Positions 1 through 9,481 of a stretch of 64,000 nucleotides of DNA are shown here, one piece after another. The notes below the pieces were generated by a model. That model searched no databases. It was not told where the DNA came from and saw only the letters and a list, made by a program, of their open reading frames with translations. Position 1 is the first letter of the stretch. Every line of letters begins with the position of its first letter. This stretch comes from Candidatus Eiseniibacteriota bacterium (lineage in GTDB: Bacteria > Eisenbacteria > RBG-16-71-46 > CAVPCR01). Position numbers and translations under genes: made by a program. The stretch covers positions 2,112,001-2,176,000 of the forward strand of contig CAWGMA010000001.1 in NCBI GenBank assembly GCA_963823555.1, given 5' to 3'.

Positions 1-141
1 GACCTGGCGCTCCTCCGCCCGCTCTATTTCCCGCTGGAGGCGACCCCGTTCGACATGCTGCCGCTCACACCTCATCTCGAAGCGCTCGTCTTCCTCGAGC
101 GGCGTCCGACTGTGGCATCCGCATCACACCCGGGTGAATGA
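1..141 (+). CDS. 3' end of an RlmD/TrmA-family RNA (uracil-5)-methyltransferase (partial)
   Basis: Frame 1 reads DLALLRPLY...PFDMLPLTPHLEALVFLER..., matching the RDLxxL...DMFPxTxHxE C-terminal motif. TGA at 139-141. Confidence 0.75.
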   Translation, partial: DLALLRPLYFPLEATPFDMLPLTPHLEALVFLERRPTVASASHPGE

Positions 142-218
142 CGGCGGCGGTCATACCGCCCAGGAGCCAGGCAGACTCCGTAACCCATTGCGGTGCCGCG
201 TGGTGCCGAGCCCCGCCG

Positions 219-235
219 CTGGCACGCCGGTTGCG
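219..235 (+). promoter_or_regulatory. Sigma-54 (-24/-12) promoter
   Basis: CTGGCACGCCGGTTGCG matches TGGCAC-N5-TTGC with exact GG-N10-GC spacing, about 70 nt upstream of the ATG at 303. Confidence 0.7.
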
Positions 236-302
236 ATGGTGGCAGGACGGGCGATGGCTCGGGGCCATCGCCGCCGCCCCCGGGCGGCAAGGAGAAAGAC
301 CC

Positions 303-812
303 ATGCGCATCCATCACCAGCAGACCGCCAGGCGCGCTCTCCGCGCCGCGCTCGCCGTCGTGATCATCCCCACCCTGATGGCCGTCGCCGCGCCCCCCGC
401 CCAGGCCGACGGGCGACCGGCGCGCTGGAAGAGCCGTGTCGGGCCCACCGAGCATCCGATCCGGCATGAGCGCCACCCGAAGCACCAGCGTCAGGTCCAG
501 AAGCGCGCCCGCCCCTGCCCCTGCGGCCGCCGCGTTCATGCCGGGCGGCCGACGTGGTGCCCGGGCCCCGAACGCGTCCTCATCTACGAGAGCCATCCCT
601 TCTACCTTCATGGGGGGTTCGGCGTCTACTTCGGCGGCGGCGCGATCAACGTCGCGATCGGGAGCAGACCACCACGCGGCTACCGCTACATCGACCCCGT
701 ATGCCATCGCTCCTTTGCAAGCGTGGCTCAATACCGCAACCATCTTCGGGGTCACGACCACCCCGGGTTCCTCGAGGTCGCGCCGATCGACGACCGGATC
801 GCCTGCCGCTAG
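303..812 (+). CDS. Secreted His/Arg-rich hypothetical protein
   Basis: AAGGAGA RBS before ATG 303. Signal peptide ending AQA. CPCG and C..H..H motifs. Confidence 0.65.
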   Translation: MRIHHQQTARRALRAALAVVIIPTLMAVAAPPAQADGRPARWKSRVGPTEHPIRHERHPKHQRQVQKRARPCPCGRRVHAGRPTWCPGPERVLIYESHPFYLHGGFGVYFGGGAINVAIGSRPPRGYRYIDPVCHRSFASVAQYRNHLRGHDHPGFLEVAPIDDRIACR

Positions 813-1039
813 GGCCTTCTGCCGAGCTCGATCCATCCTGCCGGGCGCGGGATCCCCTCGGCCCGGCAGGTCTTTCTCCGGGCGCGACCAGAGGCTAGAC
901 TCCTCCCGGAACAGCTCCTGCCCCGGCAAACGTCGCTGCGGCCCTGGACCGTGCAGGGTTCGGTGGGCATTTCCCGCAACGCCCGGCCCTCAGGCGGTGT
1001 CCTACTCCAGGGGATCCAACCATTCAAAGAGGTCGAAGA

Positions 1040-3331
1040 ATGCCTGGCACGAATCGCCGCCGCCTCGCGAGCGCGGCAGTGTTGTTCGCAGCCCTCATCG
1101 CAGGTCCAATGGCCGCCGCCGAGGACCCTCCCGGCTGGCCGCGGGAGATCGACACTCCCGAGGGTCACATCATTCACACCTACCAGCCCCAACCGGAGAC
1201 CTTGAACGGCGACGTGCTCACCGGACGCGCGGCATGTTCGGTGACTGCCAAGGGTTCCAGCGAGCCGGTCTTTGGCGTGATGTGGCTCTCGAGCCGGATC
1301 GAGACCGACCGGGACGAGCGCATCTACCATGTGAAGGATCTCAAGATCACCAAGGTCCGCTTCCCCGAAGCGACTCCGGACCAGGAGAAGGCCTTCATCG
1401 ACATCGTGCAGGAGGAGGTCTCCGCGTGGGATCTCTCCGGATCGCTCGACCAGCTGACGGCCACCCTGGCCGCCACCGAGAGGGAGAGAGAGTCGGCGGC
1501 CGCGCTCAAGGCCGATCCGCCCAAGGCGATCGTCTCCGAGGAGCCGGCGGTCCTCCTGCTCTTCGATGGCGAGCCCAAGTGGAGCCCGATCGAATCATCG
1601 AACCTCGAGCGCGTCATCAATACGCCGTACCTCGTCGTGCGCAGCAAGGGCGCCCGCACGGCCTACCTGAACGGCTCGGGGTACTGGTACTCGGCCTCCG
1701 ACGCCAAGGGGCCGTGGCAGAAGAACGCCTCACCGCCCCAGGAGATCGCGGGGCTCGTCGCACCGGATAGCACGTCGCTGGCGGCCCAGCAGATCCCGCC
1801 GCCCGCGATCGTGGTGTCGACGGAGCCGACCGAACTGATCGCCTTCACCGGCAAACCGAACTACGCGCCGATCACGGGGACCGATCTCCTGTACGCCTCC
1901 AATACCGAGAGCGACATCTTGCGAGATATGAAGACGCAGGATGTCTACTGGCTCGTGTCCGGCCGCTGGTTCAAGAGCAGGAGCCTCGAGGGGCCCTGGT
2001 CCTTCGTCCCGCCGGATGAGATTCCAGCCGATTTCGCCCTGATTCCCTCCGAGGCGCCGGTCGGCGAGGTTCGCGCCAGCATCCCGGGAACCGACGAGGC
2101 CGAGGAGGCCGTGGCCGACGCCCAGATCCCGCAGACGCAGACCATCAAGCGGGACGCCACCATCACCGTGACCTATGACGGCGATCCCAGGTTCGAGAAG
2201 ATCGCCGGCACCGAGATCGAGTCCGCGGTCAATACGAGCTACACCGTGCTCAAGATCAAGGGCGGCTACTACTGCTGCAACGAGGCCGTATGGTACGAAT
2301 CGACGAGCCCCAGGGGACCGTGGAAGGTGGCGACGGAGAAGCCGAAGGAGGTCGACCAGATCCCGCCCAGCGATTCCGCCTACAACACCAAGTTCGTGGA
2401 AGTCTATGATGACTCGAAGCCGGACGTCGTCGTCGTCGGCTACACGCCCGCCTACATGGGCTGGTATCCGTACTACGGGTCGGTGTGGTACGGCACCGGT
2501 TACCGTTATCCGTGCTGGCACGGACCGTACTACTACCCCCGGCCCGTCACCTATGGCTTCCATGCTCACTACAACCCATGGTACGGATGGAGCTTCGGCA
2601 TGAGCTGGAGCATGGGGTTCATGAGCGCGGGCATGAGCTGGGGCGGCCACGGCGGCTACTATCGTCCGCCGCATCACGGCGGCTGGTATGGCCCCGGCGG
2701 CTATCGTCCACCGCCCGTGTTCATCAACACGGGGAGCATCCATATCGGCAACAAGGTCAACATCGGCAATCAGATCGGTTCCGGCAATCGGCCGCGGCCC
2801 ACCCCGTACAACCGTGACCAGAACATCTACAACCGGCCCGAGAATCGGGATCGCAACGTCCCGGCCACGCGGGATCGGCCGGCCGGCAAGCAGCCCAAGA
2901 TGGCCAACGATCGCAAGAACGACGTGATCAGCAGCCGTGAAGGCGATCTCTACCGGCGCAACCCCGACGGGAGCTGGGACAAGCGGCAGCCGACGCGCGA
3001 GTGGAAACCGGATTCGCCGGGTAGCGGGGCCGGCGCGCGGCCCGAGACCCGGCCGGCGCAACCGCAGCAGCCGACGACGCGGCCCGCACAACCAGCGCGG
3101 CCCGAGACCCGGCCCGCGCAACCGCAGCAGCCGACGACCCGGCCCGCACAGCCAACCCGGCCCGAGACCCGGCCTGCACAGCCGCAGCAGCGGGACCGGA
3201 GCCAGATGGAACGCGACTACCGAGCGCGTCAGCGCGGATCGCAGAATGCGCAGCGCGCTCAGCAGGCGCGCCCGCAGCAGCGGCCTTCCCAGCCGGCGCC
3301 GCGGCCTTCGGGTGGGGGGCGGCGCCGCTAG
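1040..3331 (+). CDS. Secreted hypothetical protein (family often labelled carbohydrate-binding family V/XII) with an aromatic/Gly-rich segment and a Pro/Gln/Arg-rich tail
   Basis: 763-aa ORF with a signal peptide, WPRE..YQPQ start, repeated GxWYxS..GPW motifs and a YYGSVWYGTGY segment. Confidence 0.75.
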   Translation: MPGTNRRRLASAAVLFAALIAGPMAAAEDPPGWPREIDTPEGHIIHTYQPQPETLNGDVLTGRAACSVTAKGSSEPVFGVMWLSSRIETDRDERIYHVKDLKITKVRFPEATPDQEKAFIDIVQEEVSAWDLSGSLDQLTATLAATERERESAAALKADPPKAIVSEEPAVLLLFDGEPKWSPIESSNLERVINTPYLVVRSKGARTAYLNGSGYWYSASDAKGPWQKNASPPQEIAGLVAPDSTSLAAQQIPPPAIVVSTEPTELIAFTGKPNYAPITGTDLLYASNTESDILRDMKTQDVYWLVSGRWFKSRSLEGPWSFVPPDEIPADFALIPSEAPVGEVRASIPGTDEAEEAVADAQIPQTQTIKRDATITVTYDGDPRFEKIAGTEIESAVNTSYTVLKIKGGYYCCNEAVWYESTSPRGPWKVATEKPKEVDQIPPSDSAYNTKFVEVYDDSKPDVVVVGYTPAYMGWYPYYGSVWYGTGYRYPCWHGPYYYPRPVTYGFHAHYNPWYGWSFGMSWSMGFMSAGMSWGGHGGYYRPPHHGGWYGPGGYRPPPVFINTGSIHIGNKVNIGNQIGSGNRPRPTPYNRDQNIYNRPENRDRNVPATRDRPAGKQPKMANDRKNDVISSREGDLYRRNPDGSWDKRQPTREWKPDSPGSGAGARPETRPAQPQQPTTRPAQPARPETRPAQPQQPTTRPAQPTRPETRPAQPQQRDRSQMERDYRARQRGSQNAQRAQQARPQQRPSQPAPRPSGGGRRR
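3035..3191 (+). repeat. Intragenic 60-bp tandem repeat (~2.6 copies) encoding RPETRPAQPQQPTTRPAQP(A/T)
   Basis: Consecutive 60-nt lines 3001/3061/3121 align almost base for base. Confidence 0.9.
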
Positions 3332-3373
3332 CGCTGAGCCGGCGGCACGGAGGGAACCGGCCATTGGCAGGTG

Positions 3374-4627
3374 TCAGGCGGAGCGACCGCTCTCGAGCCT
3401 CGTCGCGACCGGACCGCTGATCACGGACACCGAGCGACCCGGGCCCAGCCGGTAGCGGATCCCGCACCAGTCGATCTCCCGCTTTGCGGCGGCGGCCAGG
3501 TGGCAGGCGAGCATGACCCAGGTCATGGCCGGAGCGAGTGCGACATGAGCCCAGCGTCGGCGGTCCCATCCCGGCACGCGGGCGAGCGGACGGGAGGCCA
3601 GGGAGCGGAAGCGAGCATGCGTCCGACCCACGGCCAGCACCGTCGGCAAGGCGAGGATGCCGGCCGCAAGCGCGCGGCCTGGGGTTCCCCCGGGCACGGT
3701 CGCTGGACCCAGCGCCACGGCGATCGCCCCCAGCTGCGTGGCCGCCAGGGCGGCGTGATAGGCCAGGGATGTTCCCCAGAGGATCGCGCTTCCCCACTTG
3801 AGCATCGCCACCTGACGCACGGCGAACTCCGCTCCGGCGCCGAGCGTGATCTCACCGAACGAGGGGATGACGCACTCGGGGACGAAACGGATTCCCCCGC
3901 CGGCGGCACGCACGGCCTGAGTCACCGCCATGTCATCGGAGAGCGCCGTTCTCCAGACCTGGCCGATGGCGAGCCCATCGAGATCCTCGCGGCGGATGGC
4001 GAGCGACCCGCCCCAGGCGAAGGCACGCCGCGGATCGGCCACCATGCCGAGCGCGGCGGCGGAGAAGGCGCTGCGCAAGAGACTGCCCAGCCCTTTCCCG
4101 GGGACATACCAGCGGAACCCGGTGGTCACCCGGGGCTTCCGCACCTCCCCCTCCGGTGCCTCGAGAAGCGGCCCCACGAGATCCCGCAACCAGCTTCGAT
4201 GGGGGCGGGCGTCGGCATCGACGAGGATGATGACCGCGGCATCGCCGATGGCGCCGAGTCCGGCCACCAGGTTGGCCGCCTTCTGGCTCGACCCGTGCGC
4301 GCGCCCCGCTCGCACGACGCGCATCCCATCAAGCAGCTCTTTGCGTTCAAGCGCAGCAATCTGTACAGCGGCCTCGCGCGGGTCGCCGCCCCCTTCACGC
4401 TCCTCCTCGATGACCAGGACGACGTGGTAATCGGGATAGTCCTGTACGCGAAGGGAGTCCAGGAAGGCTGCCAGGGCCGGAACTTCCCCGGCGATCGGGG
4501 CGATCACGGCGGCTCTCGGGAACGTGTCGGTCGCGGTGCGGCGCGCCGGCAGTGGCCAGCTCGGACTCCTCGCCGTGAGCCAGAGCAGAACCACAGCCAG
4601 GCCGATGAGGATGATCATGCCGCCCAC
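3374..4627 (-). CDS. GT2/GT21-like glycosyltransferase (ceramide/hopanoid glucosyltransferase-like)
   Basis: N-terminal TM, QDYPDY, KAANL, DADA (DxD), WGGS, LSDD and RQxxxxK motifs, plus C-terminal TMs. Confidence 0.85.
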   Translation of the reverse strand: MGGMIILIGLAVVLLWLTARSPSWPLPARRTATDTFPRAAVIAPIAGEVPALAAFLDSLRVQDYPDYHVVLVIEEEREGGGDPREAAVQIAALERKELLDGMRVVRAGRAHGSSQKAANLVAGLGAIGDAAVIILVDADARPHRSWLRDLVGPLLEAPEGEVRKPRVTTGFRWYVPGKGLGSLLRSAFSAAALGMVADPRRAFAWGGSLAIRREDLDGLAIGQVWRTALSDDMAVTQAVRAAGGGIRFVPECVIPSFGEITLGAGAEFAVRQVAMLKWGSAILWGTSLAYHAALAATQLGAIAVALGPATVPGGTPGRALAAGILALPTVLAVGRTHARFRSLASRPLARVPGWDRRRWAHVALAPAMTWVMLACHLAAAAKREIDWCGIRYRLGPGRSVSVISGPVATRLESGRSA

Positions 4628-4635
4628 TCCAACGT

Positions 4636-5976
4636 CTAGCTGACGGCCAGGCCGGGCACCGCTTCGGGCTTGAGAAGATCCTCGAGCGTTACTCCCTGGA
4701 CCGCCTCGGCGGATGCGGTGCGCATCTTCATCAGCACGCCGGAAACCCGCCGATCGGCCTCCGGCACGAGCTCGAGATCCCCTGCGCTCTGGACCAGCGA
4801 CTCCACCGAGATCGTCGCCGGCGGGCGCGCGAGCTGGAACGCCCCTTCGGGATGCGCCACGGCGATGACGAGCCCGGCCACCTCCAGCCGCTCGAGGACC
4901 CCCTCGACCTGCGCGGCATCGATCTCCAGTTCCTCGGCCAGGTCATCGGGTGCGGAGGGCCCGAGACCACGGCGGAAACGATCGGCGATGAGCACGGCGA
5001 GCTTCACGGCGAGATAGGAGCTGCTCAGCCGCTCGCCAAGATGCTTCAGGATCTCCCGGCGCCGGATCTGGTGAAAGTGATGGCCCGCGTAGGCCACCTC
5101 GGCGCCGAGGAGAATGATCACCCAGCTGACGTATAGAAAGAGCAGGAAGATGGGAATGGTTCCCAGGGTGCCGTACGTGTTCTTGTAGGTGACATTCTCG
5201 GCCACGTACCACGCCACCCCGCTCTTGGTCTGCTCCCACAGGGCGCAGGCGACGATGGCCCCGCCCGCAGCCGCGCCGACACGGACCCGCGTGTAAGGCA
5301 GCTTCAGGTAGAGCACGAAGAAGGCGAGCGCCGAGACCACGAACGGAAAGAGAAAGCTCAGACTCCACTGCGTGAGTGACGACTCCCACCCTTGCGTGAA
5401 GAGCAGATCCGCAATGCGGGATCGCATGTACATCGACGCGGCGAGGAGCAGCGGCGAGAGGGTGAGCACGGTCCAGAACACCGTCACCCGACCGACGAAG
5501 GTCCGTCGCCGGCGCACGCCGAAGATGTCGTTGAAGACATTCTCGATCGAAAGCAGCAATGAGATCGAAAAGGCGATGAGAACGAGAACGCTGACAACAC
5601 TGGTCAAGGCATCGGCGGTCTCGATGCGGCGCGTGCTGGCGGCGAATGCCCGGTCGATGAAGGTCTCGATCGCCGCGGCATCCTCGGGCGGCAAGGCGCC
5701 GATGGTGAGATTGACCAGGAAGCGCCGCCCTTCCTGGATCCAGCGTTCGAGCGGGGTCACGGCCTGAGCGATCAGAAGGAACAGAGTCGTCAGCGGCACC
5801 AGGGTGAAGAGGGTGCCGTAGGCCAGGCCGAGCGCCCGCTCGAAGCAGCGCGATCGGCGGAACTCGCTGGCGGTGAAGTAGCCGAGGCGCAGCCCGTTGA
5901 GCACAAAGCGGCTGATGCGACCGGGCGGCTCGGCCTCGAGCAGGAGCCGGCGCATCGAACTCCTGAACAGACTCAT
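4636..5976 (-). CDS. YihY/virulence factor BrkB family membrane protein with a C-terminal Rrf2-like winged helix
   Basis: LAYGTLFTLVP, IENVFNDIFGV, YGTLGTIPIFLLFLYVSW.IILLGAE and C-terminal LARPP..I motifs. Start placed at MSLFR after a GAGGAA RBS. Confidence 0.85.
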   Translation of the reverse strand: MSLFRSSMRRLLLEAEPPGRISRFVLNGLRLGYFTASEFRRSRCFERALGLAYGTLFTLVPLTTLFLLIAQAVTPLERWIQEGRRFLVNLTIGALPPEDAAAIETFIDRAFAASTRRIETADALTSVVSVLVLIAFSISLLLSIENVFNDIFGVRRRRTFVGRVTVFWTVLTLSPLLLAASMYMRSRIADLLFTQGWESSLTQWSLSFLFPFVVSALAFFVLYLKLPYTRVRVGAAAGGAIVACALWEQTKSGVAWYVAENVTYKNTYGTLGTIPIFLLFLYVSWVIILLGAEVAYAGHHFHQIRRREILKHLGERLSSSYLAVKLAVLIADRFRRGLGPSAPDDLAEELEIDAAQVEGVLERLEVAGLVIAVAHPEGAFQLARPPATISVESLVQSAGDLELVPEADRRVSGVLMKMRTASAEAVQGVTLEDLLKPEAVPGLAVS

Positions 5977-6243
5977 CGCTGGCTTCCTCGAGGGCCGCCA
6001 CACCCTGGGCGGGGTTCTGTCCGCGTCCCGATCATCGCGGATCATCATAGCGGATGCCGGCCCCATCCGCTGGCGGGGGATCTCCCGCCCGCCTTTCTCA
6101 CATGGCCAGGCGGAGATACGGGCCTCCGTCGGGGTCCGGCGCCCGCCGCCCGCGTCGCGCCCCGCTTGACCGACCTTCCGCTGCGGTGGCAGACTCCGCC
6201 GGATCCATAGATGGGCACTCTGAATCCAGGGAAGGAGTCGATC

Positions 6244-7485
6244 ATGTGTAGAAAGCAGCTTGGGGCGGCCTCGGTCATGCTTGCCCTCGCTGTGACCCTT
6301 ACTGCAGGGCTCGGCGGCTGTGGCAAAGGCAAGGAAGCCCAGCAAGGCGAATCCGCGGCGGGAGGTTCCTCCGCCGATCTCTACGCCCGGGGTGAGGCCG
6401 CCTATCTGGCGAGAAATGACGCCGAGGCCTTTGCGCTCCTGGGCGAGATTCCCGATGGCGCCCCGGAGAAGGCGAAGGCCCACAACCTGCGCGGTCTCAT
6501 CCAGGCGCGGGGTGGCAACATGGCCCTCGCCACCATCGAGTTCAACGAGGCTCTGAAGGCAGATCCCAGCTTCGCCCAGGCGCATAACAACCTCGGCGTC
6601 CTGCATCTGTCCGAGGGTCGCCCCGAAGAAGCCATCCCCGCCTTCCAGGCGGCGATCAAGGCTGACACGTACTACCTGCCACCGCACCAGGGCCTGGCCG
6701 AGGCTTATTACAAGACCGGACGCCTCGATGACGCCAAGGCCGAGCTCCGCGTGGCCGAGGAACTCGCTCGCTCGCAAGCGGCATCGAGCGCGGCCGTTGC
6801 GCAGGACCTGCAGATCGGCCAGCCGCTCGACGTTGCCGAGCTCATCGCGCAAGAGGAAACCGCGGCCGCCAAGCCCAAGCCCAAGCCGGCCGCGCCGGCT
6901 CAGCCGGCAACCAAGCCCGCGCCGCCCAAGCCGACGACCAAGATCGTGACCACGCAGGTCTCGGCACCGGCCGGCACCCAGATCACGATCGCGCTCGACC
7001 AGGCGTTGTCGACCGAAACCAACAAGACCGGAGAGGCGGTGCAGGGACGCGTCGTCGGCACCGTGATGGCCGGCGCGGACACATTGATCCGAGCTGGAGC
7101 CCCGGTGAAGGGGACGATCGCCAATGCGAAGAGCGCCGGCCGCGTCAAGGGACAGTCGGAGCTCGCGATCGCCTTCACCGAGGTGATGACCGTCGCCGGC
7201 TGGCGTGAGATCCAGGCGCACATGGTCGAGGGCACGCTCAAGGGCGGCAGCTCGATCGGCAAGGACGCCGCCAAGGTCGGAATCGGGGCTGCTGCCGGGG
7301 CCGCGATCGGCGGCATCGTGGGTGGCAAGGCGGGGACCGGAGCTGCGATCGGGGGCGCTGCCGGCACGGCGGCGGTCCTCGCCACCAAGGGCAAGGAGAT
7401 CGAGCTCGCTCCCGGCACCAGCATGGGATTCGCCCTCGATCAACCGCTCTCAGTCACGGTCGAGAAGACCGTACCGGCGAACTAG
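6244..7485 (+). CDS. TPR-containing lipoprotein with a C-terminal TrbI-like beta domain and glycine zipper
   Basis: AAGGAG RBS, lipobox-like LGGC, TPRs (AHNLRG, AHNNLG), PAGT.I.I.L...LST and GAAAGAAIGG repeats. Confidence 0.8.
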   Translation: MCRKQLGAASVMLALAVTLTAGLGGCGKGKEAQQGESAAGGSSADLYARGEAAYLARNDAEAFALLGEIPDGAPEKAKAHNLRGLIQARGGNMALATIEFNEALKADPSFAQAHNNLGVLHLSEGRPEEAIPAFQAAIKADTYYLPPHQGLAEAYYKTGRLDDAKAELRVAEELARSQAASSAAVAQDLQIGQPLDVAELIAQEETAAAKPKPKPAAPAQPATKPAPPKPTTKIVTTQVSAPAGTQITIALDQALSTETNKTGEAVQGRVVGTVMAGADTLIRAGAPVKGTIANAKSAGRVKGQSELAIAFTEVMTVAGWREIQAHMVEGTLKGGSSIGKDAAKVGIGAAAGAAIGGIVGGKAGTGAAIGGAAGTAAVLATKGKEIELAPGTSMGFALDQPLSVTVEKTVPAN

Positions 7486-7497
7486 GAACCACTCGGG

Positions 7498-8325
7498 ATG
7501 AGCGCCCGGGCGCGGCACAAGGCCGTTCGCCCCACCGCCGCCACGAAGGAGCGCCGCGCTCGTCCGGCCAAGGCAAAGGCCAGGTCCACCCAGGAGCGCG
7601 GCCGCGCGCCCATGCGCGCGGCCGCCGCTCCCCGCCCCAGCAAGACCACCGCGCCGCGCTCCGGCAAGTCCACCCCTCCCCCCCTCGACCTCGCGGCCGA
7701 AAAGCGGCGCGCCCGCACGCTCAACCGGCGCCTGGCCACCGCCCACCCGGATGCTCGCTGCAGTCTCGATCACTCCTCGCCGCTCGAGCTCCTCGTGGCC
7801 ACGATCCTCTCCGCCCAGTGCACCGATGAGCGAGTGAACCTGGTCACTCCGATTCTCTTCCGGCGCTATCCGACCGCCGAAGATCTCGCCAGCGCGAGGC
7901 AGGAGGACATCGAGGAACTCGTACGCTCGACGGGTTTCTTTCGCAACAAGGCCCGGGCCATCAAGGGAGCGGCGACCCTCATCGCCGAGCGCCACGACGG
8001 AACCGTTCCCGATTCGATGGAGGAGCTCCTGACGCTGCCGGGAGTGGCACGCAAGACCGCCAACGTCGTCCTCGGCACCGCCTTCGGGAAGGCCGCCGGA
8101 GTCGTCGTCGACACCCATGTGACGCGCGTCGCGGGGCGCCTCGGCCTGACCAGGGAGCGAGACCCCGAGAAGATCGAGCGCGACCTGATGGCGCTTCTGC
8201 CGCAAGGAGAGTGGGTGGCCTTCAGCCACCGCGTGATCCATCATGGCCGCCGCATCTGCACGGCCCGCAAGCCACGCTGCACCGAATGCCCGCTCGCCGA
8301 TCTGTGCCCGTCCGCAGAGATCTGA
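7498..8325 (+). CDS. nth: Endonuclease III with a basic N-terminal extension
   Basis: LVATILSAQCTD, HhH LPGVARKTANVV, VDTHV and the C-x6-C-x2-C-x5-C FeS motif. Confidence 0.95.
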   Translation: MSARARHKAVRPTAATKERRARPAKAKARSTQERGRAPMRAAAAPRPSKTTAPRSGKSTPPPLDLAAEKRRARTLNRRLATAHPDARCSLDHSSPLELLVATILSAQCTDERVNLVTPILFRRYPTAEDLASARQEDIEELVRSTGFFRNKARAIKGAATLIAERHDGTVPDSMEELLTLPGVARKTANVVLGTAFGKAAGVVVDTHVTRVAGRLGLTRERDPEKIERDLMALLPQGEWVAFSHRVIHHGRRICTARKPRCTECPLADLCPSAEI

Positions 8326-8397
8326 GCAGCGACAGAGTCCCGCGCACTGCTGGACGCGGGGGCGAGGCTCAACGCTGTGGGGATGCAGCTTCCCGAT

Positions 8398-9465
8398 CTA
8401 CATCGACATCACGCCGAGACCGCGCCTGAGCTCGTAACCTGCCGCCGGTCCCTCGATCTTGCGGCCAAGCGCCTGCACGATGATCCCGAGCTCCCACATC
8501 AGCTGATCGAACATATCGGGTGTCAGCGCCTGCTCGCCGTCGGATAGCGCCTCCTCCGGCTTGTGATGCACCTCCACCATGATGCCGTCGGCGCCCACCG
8601 CCACCGCGGCGCGGGCGAGCGGAGTGACCTTCTCCCGCCGGCCGGTGCCGTGACTCGGATCGACGATGACCGGAAGATGAGAAATCCAGCGCACCGTCGG
8701 CACGGCGCTCAGATCGAGCGTATTGCGAGTGTGCTGCGCAAAGGTCCGCACGCCGCGCTCGCACAGCATGACCTGGTGGTTTCCCTCCATCATGATGTAC
8801 TCGGCGGCCAGCAGCCATTCCTCGATCGTCGCCGACATGCCGCGCTTGAGCATCACCGGCTTGCGCGAACGTCCTGCATGCTTCAGGAGAGAGAAGTTCT
8901 GCATGTTGCGGGCACCGATCTGCACGATGTCGCAGTGCTCGACGATCTGGTCGAGGGACTCGTTGTCGACGGCCTCGGAGATGGTCACGAGTCCGGTCTC
9001 GCGCTTGACGGCGGCCAGGATCTCGAGGCCGGGCTTGCCCAGACCCTGGAAGCTGTAAGGCGAAGTACGAGGCTTGAAGGCCCCGCCCCGGTAGATGCGA
9101 GCGCCGGCCTGACGGGCGGCGTGCGCCACTGTCATCGCCTGTTCCAGGCTCTCGATGGCGCACGGACCGGCCATCACCACCACCTCCTCCCCACCGATCT
9201 TGACGTCACCGATCTGGATGACCGTCCGCCCCTGGCGCGTCTCGCGACTCGCCAGCTTGAACGGGCGCGTGATGGGGATGATGGTGGAGACCCCCGGCAG
9301 CGCCTGGAGATGATCGCGCTCGATCCGGCCGTGATGATTGGTGACGCCGATCGCGACCCGGCTGTCGCCGGGAATCGGGTGAGCCTGTGCGCCGTGGCGC
9401 TCGATCTCGGCGATGACATGCTGAATCTGATCTCGAGTCGCGGGGCGACCCATCACCACGAGCAT
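8398..9465 (-). CDS. aroF: 3-deoxy-7-phosphoheptulonate synthase, type I-beta with N-terminal ACT-like domain
   Basis: AGPCAIES, FKPRTSPYSFQG, QIGARNMQNF, LKRG, CERG and DPSHG motifs. Confidence 0.95.
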   Translation of the reverse strand: MLVVMGRPATRDQIQHVIAEIERHGAQAHPIPGDSRVAIGVTNHHGRIERDHLQALPGVSTIIPITRPFKLASRETRQGRTVIQIGDVKIGGEEVVVMAGPCAIESLEQAMTVAHAARQAGARIYRGGAFKPRTSPYSFQGLGKPGLEILAAVKRETGLVTISEAVDNESLDQIVEHCDIVQIGARNMQNFSLLKHAGRSRKPVMLKRGMSATIEEWLLAAEYIMMEGNHQVMLCERGVRTFAQHTRNTLDLSAVPTVRWISHLPVIVDPSHGTGRREKVTPLARAAVAVGADGIMVEVHHKPEEALSDGEQALTPDMFDQLMWELGIIVQALGRKIEGPAAGYELRRGLGVMSM

Positions 9466-9481
9466 GGGAATCCTCTGCTTT

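Noticed and set aside
3035..3191. 60-bp repeat as a CRISPR array
   Set aside because: There are no unique spacers, it is an in-frame coding repeat, and no cas genes are present.
5977..7443. 935-aa minus-strand ORF as a long YihY fusion
   Set aside because: The N-terminal half is the antisense shadow of the TPR lipoprotein. The real start is near 5976.
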